Of a stretch of DNA of 28,813 nucleotides, positions 1-10,168 are shown piece by piece (within the stretch, counting starts at the first letter, position 1; each line of letters starts with the position of its first letter). The stretch is from Methylophagaceae bacterium (GTDB lineage Bacteria > Pseudomonadota > Gammaproteobacteria > Nitrosococcales > Methylophagaceae). The stretch is taken from assembly GCA_047635075.1 (NCBI GenBank), contig JBLIIN010000001.1:1-28813 (forward strand), read 5' to 3'. The notes below the pieces were generated by a model. That model was not told the origin of the DNA and ran no database searches. It worked only from the letters and a program-made list of their open reading frames with translations. The position numbers and the translations under genes were made by a program.

Positions 1-288
1 TTTGAAGAAATGTTAGCGGCCGGAGTGGTATTGACAGGGGGAAGTTCAAAAATGGAAGGAGTAATTGAATTGGCTGAAGAGGTCTTTCATTTACCAGTTC
101 GTTTAGGGCTTCCACAACATGTTGGTGGTTTAGTCGAAGCCGTGAGAAACCCGATACATGCGACGGGTGTTGGACTCTTGTTGTTTGGTTACGAAATGGA
201 GACAACAGGTAAAACAGAGACCAAATCAGGCGGAGGAATTACAGACATGTTGGTGCGGATGAAAAGCTGGTTCCAAGGTAACTTTTAA
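1..288 (+). CDS. ftsA: Cell division protein FtsA, C-terminal part (5' truncated by window edge)
   Basis: Frame is open from base 1 (FEEMLAAGVVLTGGSSKMEG...). VLTGG, VRLG.P and 'NPIHATGVGLL' match the FtsA C-terminus. Lies directly upstream of ftsZ. Confidence 0.95.
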   Translation, partial: FEEMLAAGVVLTGGSSKMEGVIELAEEVFHLPVRLGLPQHVGGLVEAVRNPIHATGVGLLLFGYEMETTGKTETKSGGGITDMLVRMKSWFQGNF

Positions 289-341
289 ACAATTTTAGCA
301 AGACATAATTTATTAAACATTAAACTCTGGGGAGAGAAAAA

Positions 342-1499
342 ATGACATTCGAACTGATTGATACATATACGCAAAGTGCAGTCATCAAAGTAATTGGTGT
401 TGGCGGTGGTGGTGGTAATGCATTGGAACATATGGTGTCAAACCAAATTGAAGGTGTTGACTTCATATGTGCCAATACTGATGCACAAGCTCTGCGGAAA
501 AGTTCAGCGACAACGAAATTGCAATTGGGTACAGACATAACAAAAGGCTTGGGTGCGGGTGCTAATCCTGACATTGGCCGCCAAGCTGCTTTAGAAGACA
601 GAGAGCGCATAACAGAGGTACTTTCTGGTGCAGATATGATCTTTATCACCGCGGGGATGGGAGGCGGTACGGGAACGGGTGCAGCGCCAATCGTTGCACA
701 AGTGGCAAAGGAAATGGGAATACTAACTGTCGCTGTGGTTACAAAACCATTTCCATTTGAGGGTGCAAAACGTTTGAATGTAGCTAATGCTGGTTTAGAT
801 GAATTAAGTCAGTTTGTCGATTCATTAATCACAATTCCAAATGAAAAACTATTAGCTGTCTTAGGTAAAGACATGAGTTTATTGAATGCTTTCAAAGCAG
901 CTAATGATGTTCTGTTGGGTGCGGTGCAAGGAATCGCTGAATTAATTACCCGCGAAGGTATGATCAACGTGGATTTTGCCGACGTACGAACAGTAATGTC
1001 AGAAATGGGGATGGCAATGATGGGGACAGGGCAAGCATCAGGCCCAAACCGTGCAATTGAAGCAGCAAAACTTGCGGTGTCTAGTCCGTTATTGGAAGAT
1101 GTTGACCTAGCGGGCGCTCGTGGTGTTTTAGTTAACATTACGGCAGGTCTTGATATGACGATTGGTGAGTTTGAAGATGTAGGAAACACGGTTAAAGACT
1201 TTGCATCTGATGATGCTACCGTGGTGGTGGGAACTGTTATAGATCCTGAGATGACAGATGAACTTCGTGTCACTGTGGTTGCAACGGGGTTAGGTGCTGA
1301 AAAAGTGGCTGCGGTAGCTCTAGCAACTGAATTAGAACTGCCACAAATGGAAATTGTTAAAAGACCAGTGGACATCGATTATGATAAGCCGACTGTTTTA
1401 CGTAACGAAGAACAAGCCCAACAAAAACAAGTGGCAAATAGCGACGTCAATATGGACTATCTAGACATTCCCGCTTTTTTACGTCGTCAAGCAGATTAA
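342..1499 (+). CDS. ftsZ: Cell division protein FtsZ (385 aa)
   Basis: [13 protein letters not shown], tubulin signature [20 protein letters not shown] and C-terminal peptide [18 protein letters not shown]-type RBS upstream. Confidence 0.99.
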   Translation: MTFELIDTYTQSAVIKVIGVGGGGGNALEHMVSNQIEGVDFICANTDAQALRKSSATTKLQLGTDITKGLGAGANPDIGRQAALEDRERITEVLSGADMIFITAGMGGGTGTGAAPIVAQVAKEMGILTVAVVTKPFPFEGAKRLNVANAGLDELSQFVDSLITIPNEKLLAVLGKDMSLLNAFKAANDVLLGAVQGIAELITREGMINVDFADVRTVMSEMGMAMMGTGQASGPNRAIEAAKLAVSSPLLEDVDLAGARGVLVNITAGLDMTIGEFEDVGNTVKDFASDDATVVVGTVIDPEMTDELRVTVVATGLGAEKVAAVALATELELPQMEIVKRPVDIDYDKPTVLRNEEQAQQKQVANSDVNMDYLDIPAFLRRQAD

Positions 1500-1538
1500 G
1501 AGACAAAAAATAGCAATGGATAGCATAAATGACAGTTA

Positions 1539-1547
1539 TGTTACAAT
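1539..1547 (+). promoter_or_regulatory. Possible extended -10 promoter (TGnTACAAT) for lpxC
   Basis: TGTTACAAT at 1539-1547 in the ftsZ-lpxC gap. No convincing -35. Motif match only. Confidence 0.35.
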
Positions 1548-1583
1548 GCTCGGTCGAAATTTGGGTTTAAAGAGGTGTGCAGC

Positions 1584-2501
1584 GTGATAAAGCAACGAAC
1601 ATTGAAAAATGTAATTCGTGCCACCGGTGTTGGTTTACACAGCGGGGACACTGTTTATTTGACCTTACGTCCAGCTGCACCCAATACCGGCATCATATTT
1701 CGACGAGTGGATCTTGAACCCATTGTTGAAATTAGTGCCAAAGCCAAGAATGTAGGGGAGACAGCATTATCAACCACATTGGTTGAGCATGGCCAGAAAG
1801 TCTCAACAGTAGAACATTTACTGTCCGCTTTTGCGGGTCTGGGGATTGATAACGCCTATATCGATCTCAATGCGGCAGAAGTCCCCATCATGGATGGTAG
1901 TGCAGGCCCTTTCGTTTTTCTTATTCAATCTGCAGGTATAGAAGAACAAGATGCAGCAAAACAATTTATCCGTATCAAAAAGCCAATTATTCTAGAAGAT
2001 GGTGACAAATGGGCGAAGTTTGAACCGTTTGAAGGTTTTAAAGTGAGCTTTACGATAGATTTTCAACACCCAGTATTTACAGGCCGACCACAAAAAGTAG
2101 AAGTCGATTTCTCCTCAACGTCTTTTGTTCGTGAAGTGAGTCGTGCTCGTACCTTTGGGTTTATGAAAGACATCGAAAAGTTACGTGAAAATAATTTGGC
2201 GCTCGGTGGCAGTATGGATAATGCTATCGTCGTCGATGATTACCGTGTCGTCAATGAAGATGGTTTACGCTATGAAGATGAGTTTGTACGCCACAAGGTT
2301 TTGGATGCTATTGGTGATCTATATCTACTGGGATATAGTTTGATTGGTGCTTTCAGTGGATATAAATCGGGGCATGAAGTCAACAATATGCTATTACGAA
2401 AGTTATTAGAAGATGATGACGCTTGGGAGCTAGTCACTTTCGAGAACGATGAAAAAGCACCTATTGTGTTTAGTAGACCCGCTGCCTCTATTATGGGTTA
2501 A
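1584..2501 (+). CDS. lpxC: UDP-3-O-acyl-N-acetylglucosamine deacetylase LpxC (305 aa)
   Basis: KQRTLK N-terminus, [26 protein letters not shown] and KSGH motifs. Start moved to GTG 1584 because AGAGG at 1571-1575 is 8 nt upstream and this gives the canonical MIKQRTL start. Confidence 0.98.
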   Translation: MIKQRTLKNVIRATGVGLHSGDTVYLTLRPAAPNTGIIFRRVDLEPIVEISAKAKNVGETALSTTLVEHGQKVSTVEHLLSAFAGLGIDNAYIDLNAAEVPIMDGSAGPFVFLIQSAGIEEQDAAKQFIRIKKPIILEDGDKWAKFEPFEGFKVSFTIDFQHPVFTGRPQKVEVDFSSTSFVREVSRARTFGFMKDIEKLRENNLALGGSMDNAIVVDDYRVVNEDGLRYEDEFVRHKVLDAIGDLYLLGYSLIGAFSGYKSGHEVNNMLLRKLLEDDDAWELVTFENDEKAPIVFSRPAASIMG

Positions 2502-2938
2502 GGTTTCTGCCGTTTAGCGAGCCTTTCAAGTGCCGCCTTTAAAGAACCATCTTCCATTGTTTCGGCAGTTTGGGTGAGTGCTTTTGAAGCAGAAGCGGGT
2601 AGAGAAATTGGAGTTGACGACGGGTTCTCAAAAGGAGTGTGATTGGGTCTGACTTTGACTTCAATAGTGTTAATCTCTAAAGAAAGTTCTTGAGATAATG
2701 TTCGGCATAATGCGGGAGCTTGAAAACGTATTAAACTGCTGTATGACGCGTTATCAGTATGAATGATGAGCGTAGTACCATTAATATTAGCTAATTTACA
2801 GTGTGCTGAAAACTGCGCAGGTAAACTTTGTTGAAAGGCATGATTTAAGCGTTCTAACAGATGTGCACGATGCGTTAGTTTACGTAGCCCAGGGTGAGTG
2901 TGACAGACGTCGTTGATTTTTGTGGGTCGTTTTGCCAT
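2498..2938 (-). CDS. dciA: DUF721/DciA family protein (replicative helicase loader)
   Basis: '[28 protein letters not shown]' resembles DciA/DUF721. Position between lpxC and the M23 gene on the opposite strand is the usual gammaproteobacterial arrangement. Confidence 0.8.
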   Translation of the reverse strand: MAKRPTKINDVCHTHPGLRKLTHRAHLLERLNHAFQQSLPAQFSAHCKLANINGTTLIIHTDNASYSSLIRFQAPALCRTLSQELSLEINTIEVKVRPNHTPFENPSSTPISLPASASKALTQTAETMEDGSLKAALERLAKRQKP

Positions 2939-2963
2939 GAAGTCTTAATCGAGAAGGATAAGT

Positions 2964-3875
2964 ATGCAGGTTATCATTATTTCGCCGAACAATACGACAC
3001 ATCAACACTGGCATTTATCGCCATTGATGTTACGTATCGTCGCCATGATTACTCTTATCATCTTGCTATCAGTCTCATATACAGCTTATAAAATAATAGT
3101 AGACAATCCTGAGCAACTAAGCAGCGCAATCGCAGAAGAAATGCTCATATCAGAACGAAAACAAGCGGTTGCCAAACTGATTGAGGCTAAGCAAGCACAA
3201 ATGCAAGCGTATTACGCTAAACGACTAGGAACGTTACAAGCCGAAGCGCTTCGCTTAAAAGCATTAGCCGATAAATTAGCTGAATTAAGTGGCTTAAATA
3301 TCAAAGCGGAGGGCCTAGATAAGCCGGCTGGACAAGGAGGTTTAGCTCAGTATCATGCCACGCCCTTTTCAGAAGATGAGTTTGAATCTTTCTTTTCACA
3401 ATTAGAGAGTAATTTTGATACTCAAGCGCTCGGCTTAATAGAGCTGCAAGATTATCTCATTACTGAAGATAATATTAAATCAGCTATACCCGCCGGCAGG
3501 CCTATTAAAAAAGGTTGGATTTCGTCTTACTATGGATACCGTGTTGATCCCTTCAATGGTAACAAAGTTTTTCATCACGGCTTAGACTTTGCGGGTGCGT
3601 CAGGGAGTGAAATCTTAGCTGTGGCTGATGGTATTGTGAGTTGGCAAGGTTCTCGAGGTGGTTATGGTGAAATGATTGAAATTGATCATGGTAACGGTTA
3701 CCAATCTCGCTATGCCCACAATAAAAAATTAGTCGTCAAACTAGGTGACAGAATAAAAAAGGGGCAAGCGATCGCCCTAATGGGATCAACTGGACGTTCA
3801 ACGGGTCCACACGTTCATTTCGAAATTCTAAGGGATGGTCGAACTGTCAACCCAGCTAATTTTGTTAGACGATAA
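2964..3875 (+). CDS. M23 family metallopeptidase with N-terminal TM anchor and coiled coil
   Basis: HHGLDFA (HxxxD), YAH, GSTGRSTGPHVHFE (HxH) motifs. Hydrophobic segment near residues 22-40. Upstream of secA. Confidence 0.93.
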   Translation: MQVIIISPNNTTHQHWHLSPLMLRIVAMITLIILLSVSYTAYKIIVDNPEQLSSAIAEEMLISERKQAVAKLIEAKQAQMQAYYAKRLGTLQAEALRLKALADKLAELSGLNIKAEGLDKPAGQGGLAQYHATPFSEDEFESFFSQLESNFDTQALGLIELQDYLITEDNIKSAIPAGRPIKKGWISSYYGYRVDPFNGNKVFHHGLDFAGASGSEILAVADGIVSWQGSRGGYGEMIEIDHGNGYQSRYAHNKKLVVKLGDRIKKGQAIALMGSTGRSTGPHVHFEILRDGRTVNPANFVRR

Positions 3876-3918
3876 ACCTTGTATTCCCTTCATTCTGACA
3901 CCATATGAAAGGTCAGCT

Positions 3919-3947
3919 TAGACCTGACGGTGTCTACGCGCTATAAT
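3919..3947 (+). promoter_or_regulatory. Putative sigma70 promoter for secA
   Basis: TAGACC (3919-3924), 17-nt spacer, perfect TATAAT (3942-3947), 66 nt upstream of the secA ATG. Confidence 0.5.
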
Positions 3948-4013
3948 TAGGCACTTAAACATCAATTTTGTTTCCGAGAATAATGTCGGATTAGCACAAG
4001 GTAGTAAAACGGT

Positions 4014-6731
4014 ATGGTAAGTAAGTTTTTCGGTAAAGTCTTTGGCAGTCGAAACGAGCGTGTTCTTAAAAAGTTGAGCAAAGTAGTTATTCAAGTTAAT
4101 GACTTTGAATCGAGTGTCGGAAAGCTCACAGATACCGAGCTGCAAGCTAAAACAATCGAATTCCGCCAACAATTAGTTGATGGAAAGACATTAGACGACA
4201 TTTTGCCCGAAGCCTTTGCTGTGGTTAGAGAAGCAGGCAAACGAGTATTGAACATGCGCCATTTTGATGTTCAGCTAATCGGTGGTTATGTCCTCAATGA
4301 GGGTAAGATTGCAGAAATGCGAACAGGTGAGGGTAAAACCTTAGTCGCCACTTTAGTTGTCTATCTGAATGCACTTGAAGGTGAAGGTGTGCATGTTGTA
4401 ACAGTAAACGATTATTTAGCACAGCGAGATGCGGGCTGGATGAGTCAACTGTATAGTTTTCTTGGCCTGACAACGGGTGTGATTATCGGTGGCTTATCAC
4501 CTGACAAACGTCGTGAAGCCTATCATTCAGACATTACTTACGGTACCAACAACGAATTTGGCTTTGATTACTTACGCGATAACATGGTGTTTAGTATCGA
4601 AGAAAAGGTACAAAGAAAATTACACTTTGCGGTCATAGATGAAGTCGATTCAATTTTAATCGATGAAGCACGAACACCGCTGATTATTTCTGGTCCTGCT
4701 GAGGATAGTTCAGAACTCTATCAAAGTATTAATCAACTGATTCCAAACCTCAACAAGCAAATTGGTGAAGGTGAAGAAGTTGAAACACGGGGTGATTACA
4801 CTGTTGATGAAAAAGCCAAACAAATTCATTTCACGGAAGATGGCCATGAAAAAATTGAAGGCCTTTTAACCGATGCAGCTATTTTAGCGTCTGACGCAAG
4901 TTTATATGACGCAGCTAACATTGGCTTAATGCATCATGTGTCTGCAGCACTCCGCGCCCATGTTTTATTCCAACGTGACGTTGATTATATTGTTCAAGAT
5001 AATGAAGTTATTATTGTTGATGAATTTACCGGTCGTACGATGCCTGGTCGTCGTTGGTCTGAAGGCTTACACCAAGCAATAGAGGCTAAAGAAGATGTCA
5101 AAATTCAAAATGAAAACCAGACACTAGCATCGATTACTTTTCAAAACTTTTTCCGGTTATATGACAAGTTATCAGGCATGACGGGTACCGCTGATACAGA
5201 AGCATTCGAGTTACAATCTATTTATAGCCTTGAGGTGATTGTCATTCCGACGCACCGTGAGATGCAAAGAATGGATGGGGCGGATCAAATCTACCTAACA
5301 ACAACAGAAAAATACGCAGCAATAGCCGAAGAAATTAAGCGATGTGTTGAAAAACAGCAACCTGTTTTAGTCGGCACATCCTCAATTGAAAGCTCGGAAT
5401 ACTTACATGACTTGTTGGAAAAAGCCAAAATAAAGCATGAAGTCCTCAATGCCAAGTTTCACGAAAAAGAAGCCTATATTATTGCTCAAGCAGGACAGCC
5501 AGGTGCTGTCACCATCGCGACAAATATGGCTGGGCGTGGTACCGATATTGTACTAGGTGGAAGTTTAGACGCTGAGTTGGCCGAGCTCGGTGATGACGCA
5601 TCGCAGTCTGACAAAACAGCAATTGAACAAGCTTGGCAGCAACGCCATGATCAAGTCTTGGCGGCTGGCGGATTACATATTGTTGGCTCTGAACGTCATG
5701 AGTCACGCCGTGTTGACAACCAATTGCGCGGTCGTTCAGGCCGTCAAGGTGATGCAGGTTCAAGCCGGTTTTATTTGTCGCTAGAAGATAATCTGATGCG
5801 TATTTTTGCATCCGAGAAAATGTCAGGCATGATGAAAAAACTAGGAATGGAAGATGGAGAAGCCATTGAACACCCATGGGTTTCTCGTGCCATTGAAAAC
5901 GCCCAGAAGAAAGTGGAAGGTCACAACTTTGATATTCGTAAACAAGTTCTAGAATATGATGATGTGGCTAATGATCAACGAAAAGTAGTGTACGAACAAC
6001 GTAATGAATTAATGGCCACAGAAGATGTGTCCAGCACAATCACATCCATGCGCGACACCGTCGTCAATGAAGTGATTAATCAATACATCGCACCTAATAG
6101 TATCGATGAGCAGTGGGAAGTTGACGGGTTAATGCTCGCTTTACGCGATGAGTTTGGCCTGGAAGTCGATATTGCACAATGGTTGCGAGATGATGAAGAG
6201 CTACACGAAGAAACATTACGTCAAAAGATCATCGCTGAAGTGCAAACACAATCTGAGGCCAAAGAGAGCATAACCGGTTCTGAATTAATGCGTCATTTCG
6301 AAAAAGCAATAACCTTGCAAACATTAGATTCACAATGGAAAGAACATTTAGCTCAAATGGATTATCTACGTCAAGGGATTAACTTGCGTAGTTATGCACA
6401 AAAAGATCCAAAGCAAGAATACAAACGTGAAGCATATCAAATGTTCACCGTTATGCTAGAACGTATTAAACACGATGTCGTATCATTGATTTCACGTGTT
6501 GAATTACGCGCAAAAGAGGATGTTGAAGCGATTGAAGACCAACGCAGACAATCAGGCGACATCGAAATGCAACACGACCAAGTCGATGGTATGACCGGTG
6601 AAGCAGAACAAACTGATATTGAGCAACAAGCGCAACCCATCACGCGTGATGGCCGTAAAGTAGGCCGCAATGAACCTTGTCCTTGTGGTTCAGGTAAAAA
6701 ATTTAAGCAATGTCATGGTGCTTTATCTTAA
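4014..6731 (+). CDS. secA: Preprotein translocase ATPase SecA (905 aa)
   Basis: MRTGEGKT Walker [42 protein letters not shown] and C-terminal Zn-binding [13 protein letters not shown]. Confidence 0.99.
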   Translation: MVSKFFGKVFGSRNERVLKKLSKVVIQVNDFESSVGKLTDTELQAKTIEFRQQLVDGKTLDDILPEAFAVVREAGKRVLNMRHFDVQLIGGYVLNEGKIAEMRTGEGKTLVATLVVYLNALEGEGVHVVTVNDYLAQRDAGWMSQLYSFLGLTTGVIIGGLSPDKRREAYHSDITYGTNNEFGFDYLRDNMVFSIEEKVQRKLHFAVIDEVDSILIDEARTPLIISGPAEDSSELYQSINQLIPNLNKQIGEGEEVETRGDYTVDEKAKQIHFTEDGHEKIEGLLTDAAILASDASLYDAANIGLMHHVSAALRAHVLFQRDVDYIVQDNEVIIVDEFTGRTMPGRRWSEGLHQAIEAKEDVKIQNENQTLASITFQNFFRLYDKLSGMTGTADTEAFELQSIYSLEVIVIPTHREMQRMDGADQIYLTTTEKYAAIAEEIKRCVEKQQPVLVGTSSIESSEYLHDLLEKAKIKHEVLNAKFHEKEAYIIAQAGQPGAVTIATNMAGRGTDIVLGGSLDAELAELGDDASQSDKTAIEQAWQQRHDQVLAAGGLHIVGSERHESRRVDNQLRGRSGRQGDAGSSRFYLSLEDNLMRIFASEKMSGMMKKLGMEDGEAIEHPWVSRAIENAQKKVEGHNFDIRKQVLEYDDVANDQRKVVYEQRNELMATEDVSSTITSMRDTVVNEVINQYIAPNSIDEQWEVDGLMLALRDEFGLEVDIAQWLRDDEELHEETLRQKIIAEVQTQSEAKESITGSELMRHFEKAITLQTLDSQWKEHLAQMDYLRQGINLRSYAQKDPKQEYKREAYQMFTVMLERIKHDVVSLISRVELRAKEDVEAIEDQRRQSGDIEMQHDQVDGMTGEAEQTDIEQQAQPITRDGRKVGRNEPCPCGSGKKFKQCHGALS

Positions 6732-7957
6732 TGGCAGTTAACTTGCCAGTACTACAAGCAGGACAGTTACTCGCCATTGATGGTATTCGCTTAGCGACTG
6801 CTAGCGCAGGGATTAAAAACAACGACAGAACCGACCTCGTTTTAATTGAAATAGCAAAAGGCAGCAGTGTGTCCGCTGTCTATACGCAAAATGCCTTTTG
6901 TGCTGCGCCAGTGACGATTGCAAAACAACACCAGAAAGTGACAGGGCCTCGTTATTGTTTAATTAATTCAGGTAATGCTAACGCTGGTACAGGTCGTCAA
7001 GGTGACGAAGCTGCCACAAATTGTTGTCGTCTCCTTGCAGAGCAATTAAACGTTGTGACTGAATGTGTTTTACCCTTTTCAACGGGTGTTATAGGTCAAC
7101 AATTACCCGTCGAAAAAATCCAAGCAGCATTGCCTGATTTAATATCAACTTTAACAAGCGATAATTGGTTTAATGCTGCTCATGGCATAATGACAACCGA
7201 TACCTTAGCCAAAGCTATTTCCCAAAAAGTGATGGTCGATGGTGTCAGTATCACGATCACCGGAATGGCAAAAGGGTCAGGTATGATCCGACCTGATATG
7301 GCGACGATGTTGTCTTATATTGCGACCGATGCCAATGTATCGCAAGGTCTATTAGATAAAATGTTGAAACAGGCGGCGGCGCAATCGTTCAACCGTATTT
7401 CGGTTGATGGTGACACCTCAACCAATGACGCCTGTGTACTGATAGCCACAGGCCAAGCAGATAATGCAGCGTTAACAGATTTCGATTCCGAGGCCGCGCA
7501 GAAGTTATATAAAGCCATTGCTAAGGTAAGCCAATACCTGGCACATGCGATTGTTCGTGATGGTGAAGGGGCAACTAAGTTTATTGAAGTGACGGTTGAA
7601 CAAGGCCAAAATACAGCCGAATGTCGTCAGGTGGCTTACACTATCGCCCATTCCCCCTTAGTAAAAACAGCTTTTTTCGCATCTGATCCGAACTGGGGAC
7701 GCATCCTTGCTGCGGTTGGGCGAAGTGGCTTACAAGATTTTGATTTAAGTAAAGTGGCCATTTATCTTGATGATATCTGCATTATCAGAGCAGGTGAACC
7801 TGCGGCTGAATATACTGAGCCAAAAGGTCAGGACGTGATGGACAACGCTGAAATTACCATCAGGGTGATGCTTGAACGCGGCGAAGCGATCGAGTCAGTC
7901 TGGACTTGTGATTTTTCTTATGATTACGTCAAAATCAACGCGGAATATCGTAGTTAA
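6731..7957 (+). CDS. argJ: Glutamate N-acetyltransferase / amino-acid acetyltransferase ArgJ (408 aa)
   Basis: NSGNANAGTG, STGVIG, KGSGMIRPDMATML (autocleavage Thr), DGDTSTND, DGEGATK, DPNWGR and YVKINAEYRS. The true ATG at 6731 overlaps the secA stop (TAATG). Confidence 0.97.
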   Translation: MAVNLPVLQAGQLLAIDGIRLATASAGIKNNDRTDLVLIEIAKGSSVSAVYTQNAFCAAPVTIAKQHQKVTGPRYCLINSGNANAGTGRQGDEAATNCCRLLAEQLNVVTECVLPFSTGVIGQQLPVEKIQAALPDLISTLTSDNWFNAAHGIMTTDTLAKAISQKVMVDGVSITITGMAKGSGMIRPDMATMLSYIATDANVSQGLLDKMLKQAAAQSFNRISVDGDTSTNDACVLIATGQADNAALTDFDSEAAQKLYKAIAKVSQYLAHAIVRDGEGATKFIEVTVEQGQNTAECRQVAYTIAHSPLVKTAFFASDPNWGRILAAVGRSGLQDFDLSKVAIYLDDICIIRAGEPAAEYTEPKGQDVMDNAEITIRVMLERGEAIESVWTCDFSYDYVKINAEYRS

Positions 7958-7963
7958 GAGACC

Positions 7964-9025
7964 GTGGCAAACCCTAAAATCACCACCTTAAGTGAATTTT
8001 TGCAACATAGCGGCGCGCGTTACCGTGTTTTTGATATGGCACGTCGCGTTGTGAAAGTGAGCAATGAAGACTTTACTGAGATTGAAAAAACAAATCAGCC
8101 CTATCCCTACCCATTGCAAAAAAAAGCGCATTTTGGCGTTCTTTTTTGGAATTCAGAGTTAACTGATAAGCACTATGTTTGGTTTCTAAAGTTTCCCTTA
8201 GACGAACAAGGCTTAATCATTCAAGCTGCTCGTGATGAATTTCTTGTGATGTTGTTAGAGCGCGTGGGTGAATGCATGCTGGCGGCCAACGACGGCGATA
8301 AAATTGAAGGTGCCTTGAAAGATAGCCCCTATAGTTTTAAGCCGCGTGAAGATAAAATGGCAGCATTTAACGCACAAGCCAGTGATAGTTTAGCCGTTCA
8401 GCCCTCTCGGTATTATCAACCAGCCTTAGCTTACTTTACAGGCCAAACGCCAGCAGAAAATTGGCAAGCGCTGGCCATGCAAGGCGTGGCCGATGTCGGA
8501 GTTCGCTTATCAGATAAAGGGGATATCTCAGCACTGGCGAAAAATTTAGCCAACTTACCTACAAAGCCCTTTATAAGCCTATGTACATTTTTAGAACAAT
8601 CCGAGCCGACGGTTACTTTAGTTGAAAGCTTTTCTGCTAAATTAACAAACCTTTTAGAAATGGAGACAGTTAACAATTCGCTGGTAGCAGCCTGCTTAAG
8701 GGCTGTGTCAAATAGTCCTGCAACAGGTTTGGTCGATAAAATGGTCGAACAAGTGTTAAACCATCGAATAGGGCTAGACATTGAAATTCTGGCGACCCTT
8801 TCTGGTCGGCTTTGGCGAATTATTAAACAAGCACAATTATGTCAGCTTTTTGTTGAGCGACTGGCTGAAAACAATGCGGGCTATTCTGGCTTTAGCCAAG
8901 TATTGGCCGACGCGATGTTTCTACCAGGATTACGCGAACCCATTATGAGGGCATTACGATCTCCTGATCGATCGCAAGCATTGTCATTAAGAGTCGGCGA
9001 GCTATTTGGTCAACCCTCTGTCTGA
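7964..9025 (+). CDS. DUF3549 family protein, function unknown (353 aa)
   Basis: N-terminus 'TLSEFL...YRVFDMARRV...PYPYP...WFLKFPLDEQGL..QAARDEF' matches my recollection of DUF3549. GTG start 6 nt after the argJ stop. Confidence 0.75.
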   Translation: MANPKITTLSEFLQHSGARYRVFDMARRVVKVSNEDFTEIEKTNQPYPYPLQKKAHFGVLFWNSELTDKHYVWFLKFPLDEQGLIIQAARDEFLVMLLERVGECMLAANDGDKIEGALKDSPYSFKPREDKMAAFNAQASDSLAVQPSRYYQPALAYFTGQTPAENWQALAMQGVADVGVRLSDKGDISALAKNLANLPTKPFISLCTFLEQSEPTVTLVESFSAKLTNLLEMETVNNSLVAACLRAVSNSPATGLVDKMVEQVLNHRIGLDIEILATLSGRLWRIIKQAQLCQLFVERLAENNAGYSGFSQVLADAMFLPGLREPIMRALRSPDRSQALSLRVGELFGQPSV

Positions 9026-9543
9026 TTAATGTGCCTTTGTTGCCATTGTTGCTCTGTCATTAAATCTAAATTATTTTCAACACGGTCGGTAAATAATTTA
9101 CCGTGTAGATGATCGGCTTCATGTTGAAAAATACGGGCAATAAAACCATCATATTCTGTTTCAATAATCTCACCATTGCTGGTTTCGTAGCGCACTTGAA
9201 TCTGATTTGACCTTGGCACAAAGCCACGCAGGCCAGGCACACTCAAACAGCCCTCCCAACCCTTTTCTTGTTGACTAGAAGAAGCTGTGATCACAGGATT
9301 TATCACCACAGTTTGGGCCATGTGCGGTGCTGAGGGATAACGCGAGTTAGGCTTAGACGACATAATAAATAATTGCAGGGGAATATCGACCTGAGGGGCA
9401 GCAATGCCCATACCACCAACGTCTTCGACAAACTGTAACAAGTCGGTGATTAACTGCTGAATGGCAGGGGCTTGAACATCATCAATGAGTTTAGCCTGTA
9501 ACCGTAAATGAGGATGACCTAACTGTAGTAATTTAAAAGACAT
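9010..9543 (-). CDS. def: Peptide deformylase
   Basis: All three PDF motifs present: GMGIAAPQ, EGCLSVP and QHEADHL. GAGG RBS upstream. Confidence 0.95.
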   Translation of the reverse strand: MSFKLLQLGHPHLRLQAKLIDDVQAPAIQQLITDLLQFVEDVGGMGIAAPQVDIPLQLFIMSSKPNSRYPSAPHMAQTVVINPVITASSSQQEKGWEGCLSVPGLRGFVPRSNQIQVRYETSNGEIIETEYDGFIARIFQHEADHLHGKLFTDRVENNLDLMTEQQWQQRHINQTEG

Positions 9544-9553
9544 CGCTTAACCT

Positions 9554-10168
9554 CTATAGAACAGTATCAGTCCGAAACCAGCCGGCAATACTATAACGAT
9601 CACGCATGGCGGCTAACACTTCATGGGGAAACTGTTCGCTCAAGAACAACACCAAAGTCCCCATCTTAGGCTCCACGGCTTGTAATTTCACCCCAGTATT
9701 GGGTTGATAGAGAATAAAATGTCCCTGATCTAGGCTAGACCACTCAGGATTCAAGTAAAACACACTGGATATAATTCGGTTTGATTGACCTTTAAAGGCA
9801 TCGATATGACGTTGGTAAAAATGCCCCGGTGGATAATGAGAAAAGTGCGCTTCATAATCCCTTAAGCCAAGGAATAATTTTCGATTTAATTGGGTTTTCA
9901 GCGTGTCCATTGCATTTAAATAAGCTTGCTCAATCGGGTGAGCATTAGACAGCCATCGTGTTTTATCATTCCTGACCGTATCAAGTTGTTGAACAGATTG
10001 TAGTCGGCCCACTTTGGCCGTGTTGAAAGCAGATTCTGGCAATGTGCTGACATGCTGATAAAGTTGTTGCGTTAGAGTAGGTTTGATAAATTCAGTCAGG
10101 ATAATATAACCCTGCTCGGATAAGGTCTCAGCGATAACATCGACATCAATACCCATTGATTTAAGCAA
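9554..10168 (-). CDS. 2OG-Fe(II) oxygenase, prolyl-4-hydroxylase/SM-20-like
   Basis: YEAHFSHYPPGHFYQRHID (HxD), SSVFYLN, LVLFLSEQFPHEV (distal His) and RYSIAGWFR (2OG-binding Arg). Start is either TTG 10168 or ATG 10156. Confidence 0.9.
   Translation of the reverse strand: MLKSMGIDVDVIAETLSEQGYIILTEFIKPTLTQQLYQHVSTLPESAFNTAKVGRLQSVQQLDTVRNDKTRWLSNAHPIEQAYLNAMDTLKTQLNRKLFLGLRDYEAHFSHYPPGHFYQRHIDAFKGQSNRIISSVFYLNPEWSSLDQGHFILYQPNTGVKLQAVEPKMGTLVLFLSEQFPHEVLAAMRDRYSIAGWFRTDTVL

Noticed and set aside
3876-4013. secM-like arrest leader upstream of secA
   Set aside because: The gap is only 138 nt with no suitable ORF, and the upstream gene is an M23 peptidase.
6710-6730. ORF-track start of argJ at 6710, and similarly lpxC at 1575
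   Set aside because: The extensions ([10 protein letters not shown]) do not fit the families. ATG 6731 and GTG 1584 give canonical N-termini with stop-start coupling or an RBS.
320-8781. Antisense and alternate-frame ORFs (320-649, 809-1375, 2894-3091, 3918-4172, 5509-5877, 5590-5784, 6437-6670, 7315-7518, 8431-8781)
   Set aside because: They are shadows of well-supported genes, with no motifs of their own.
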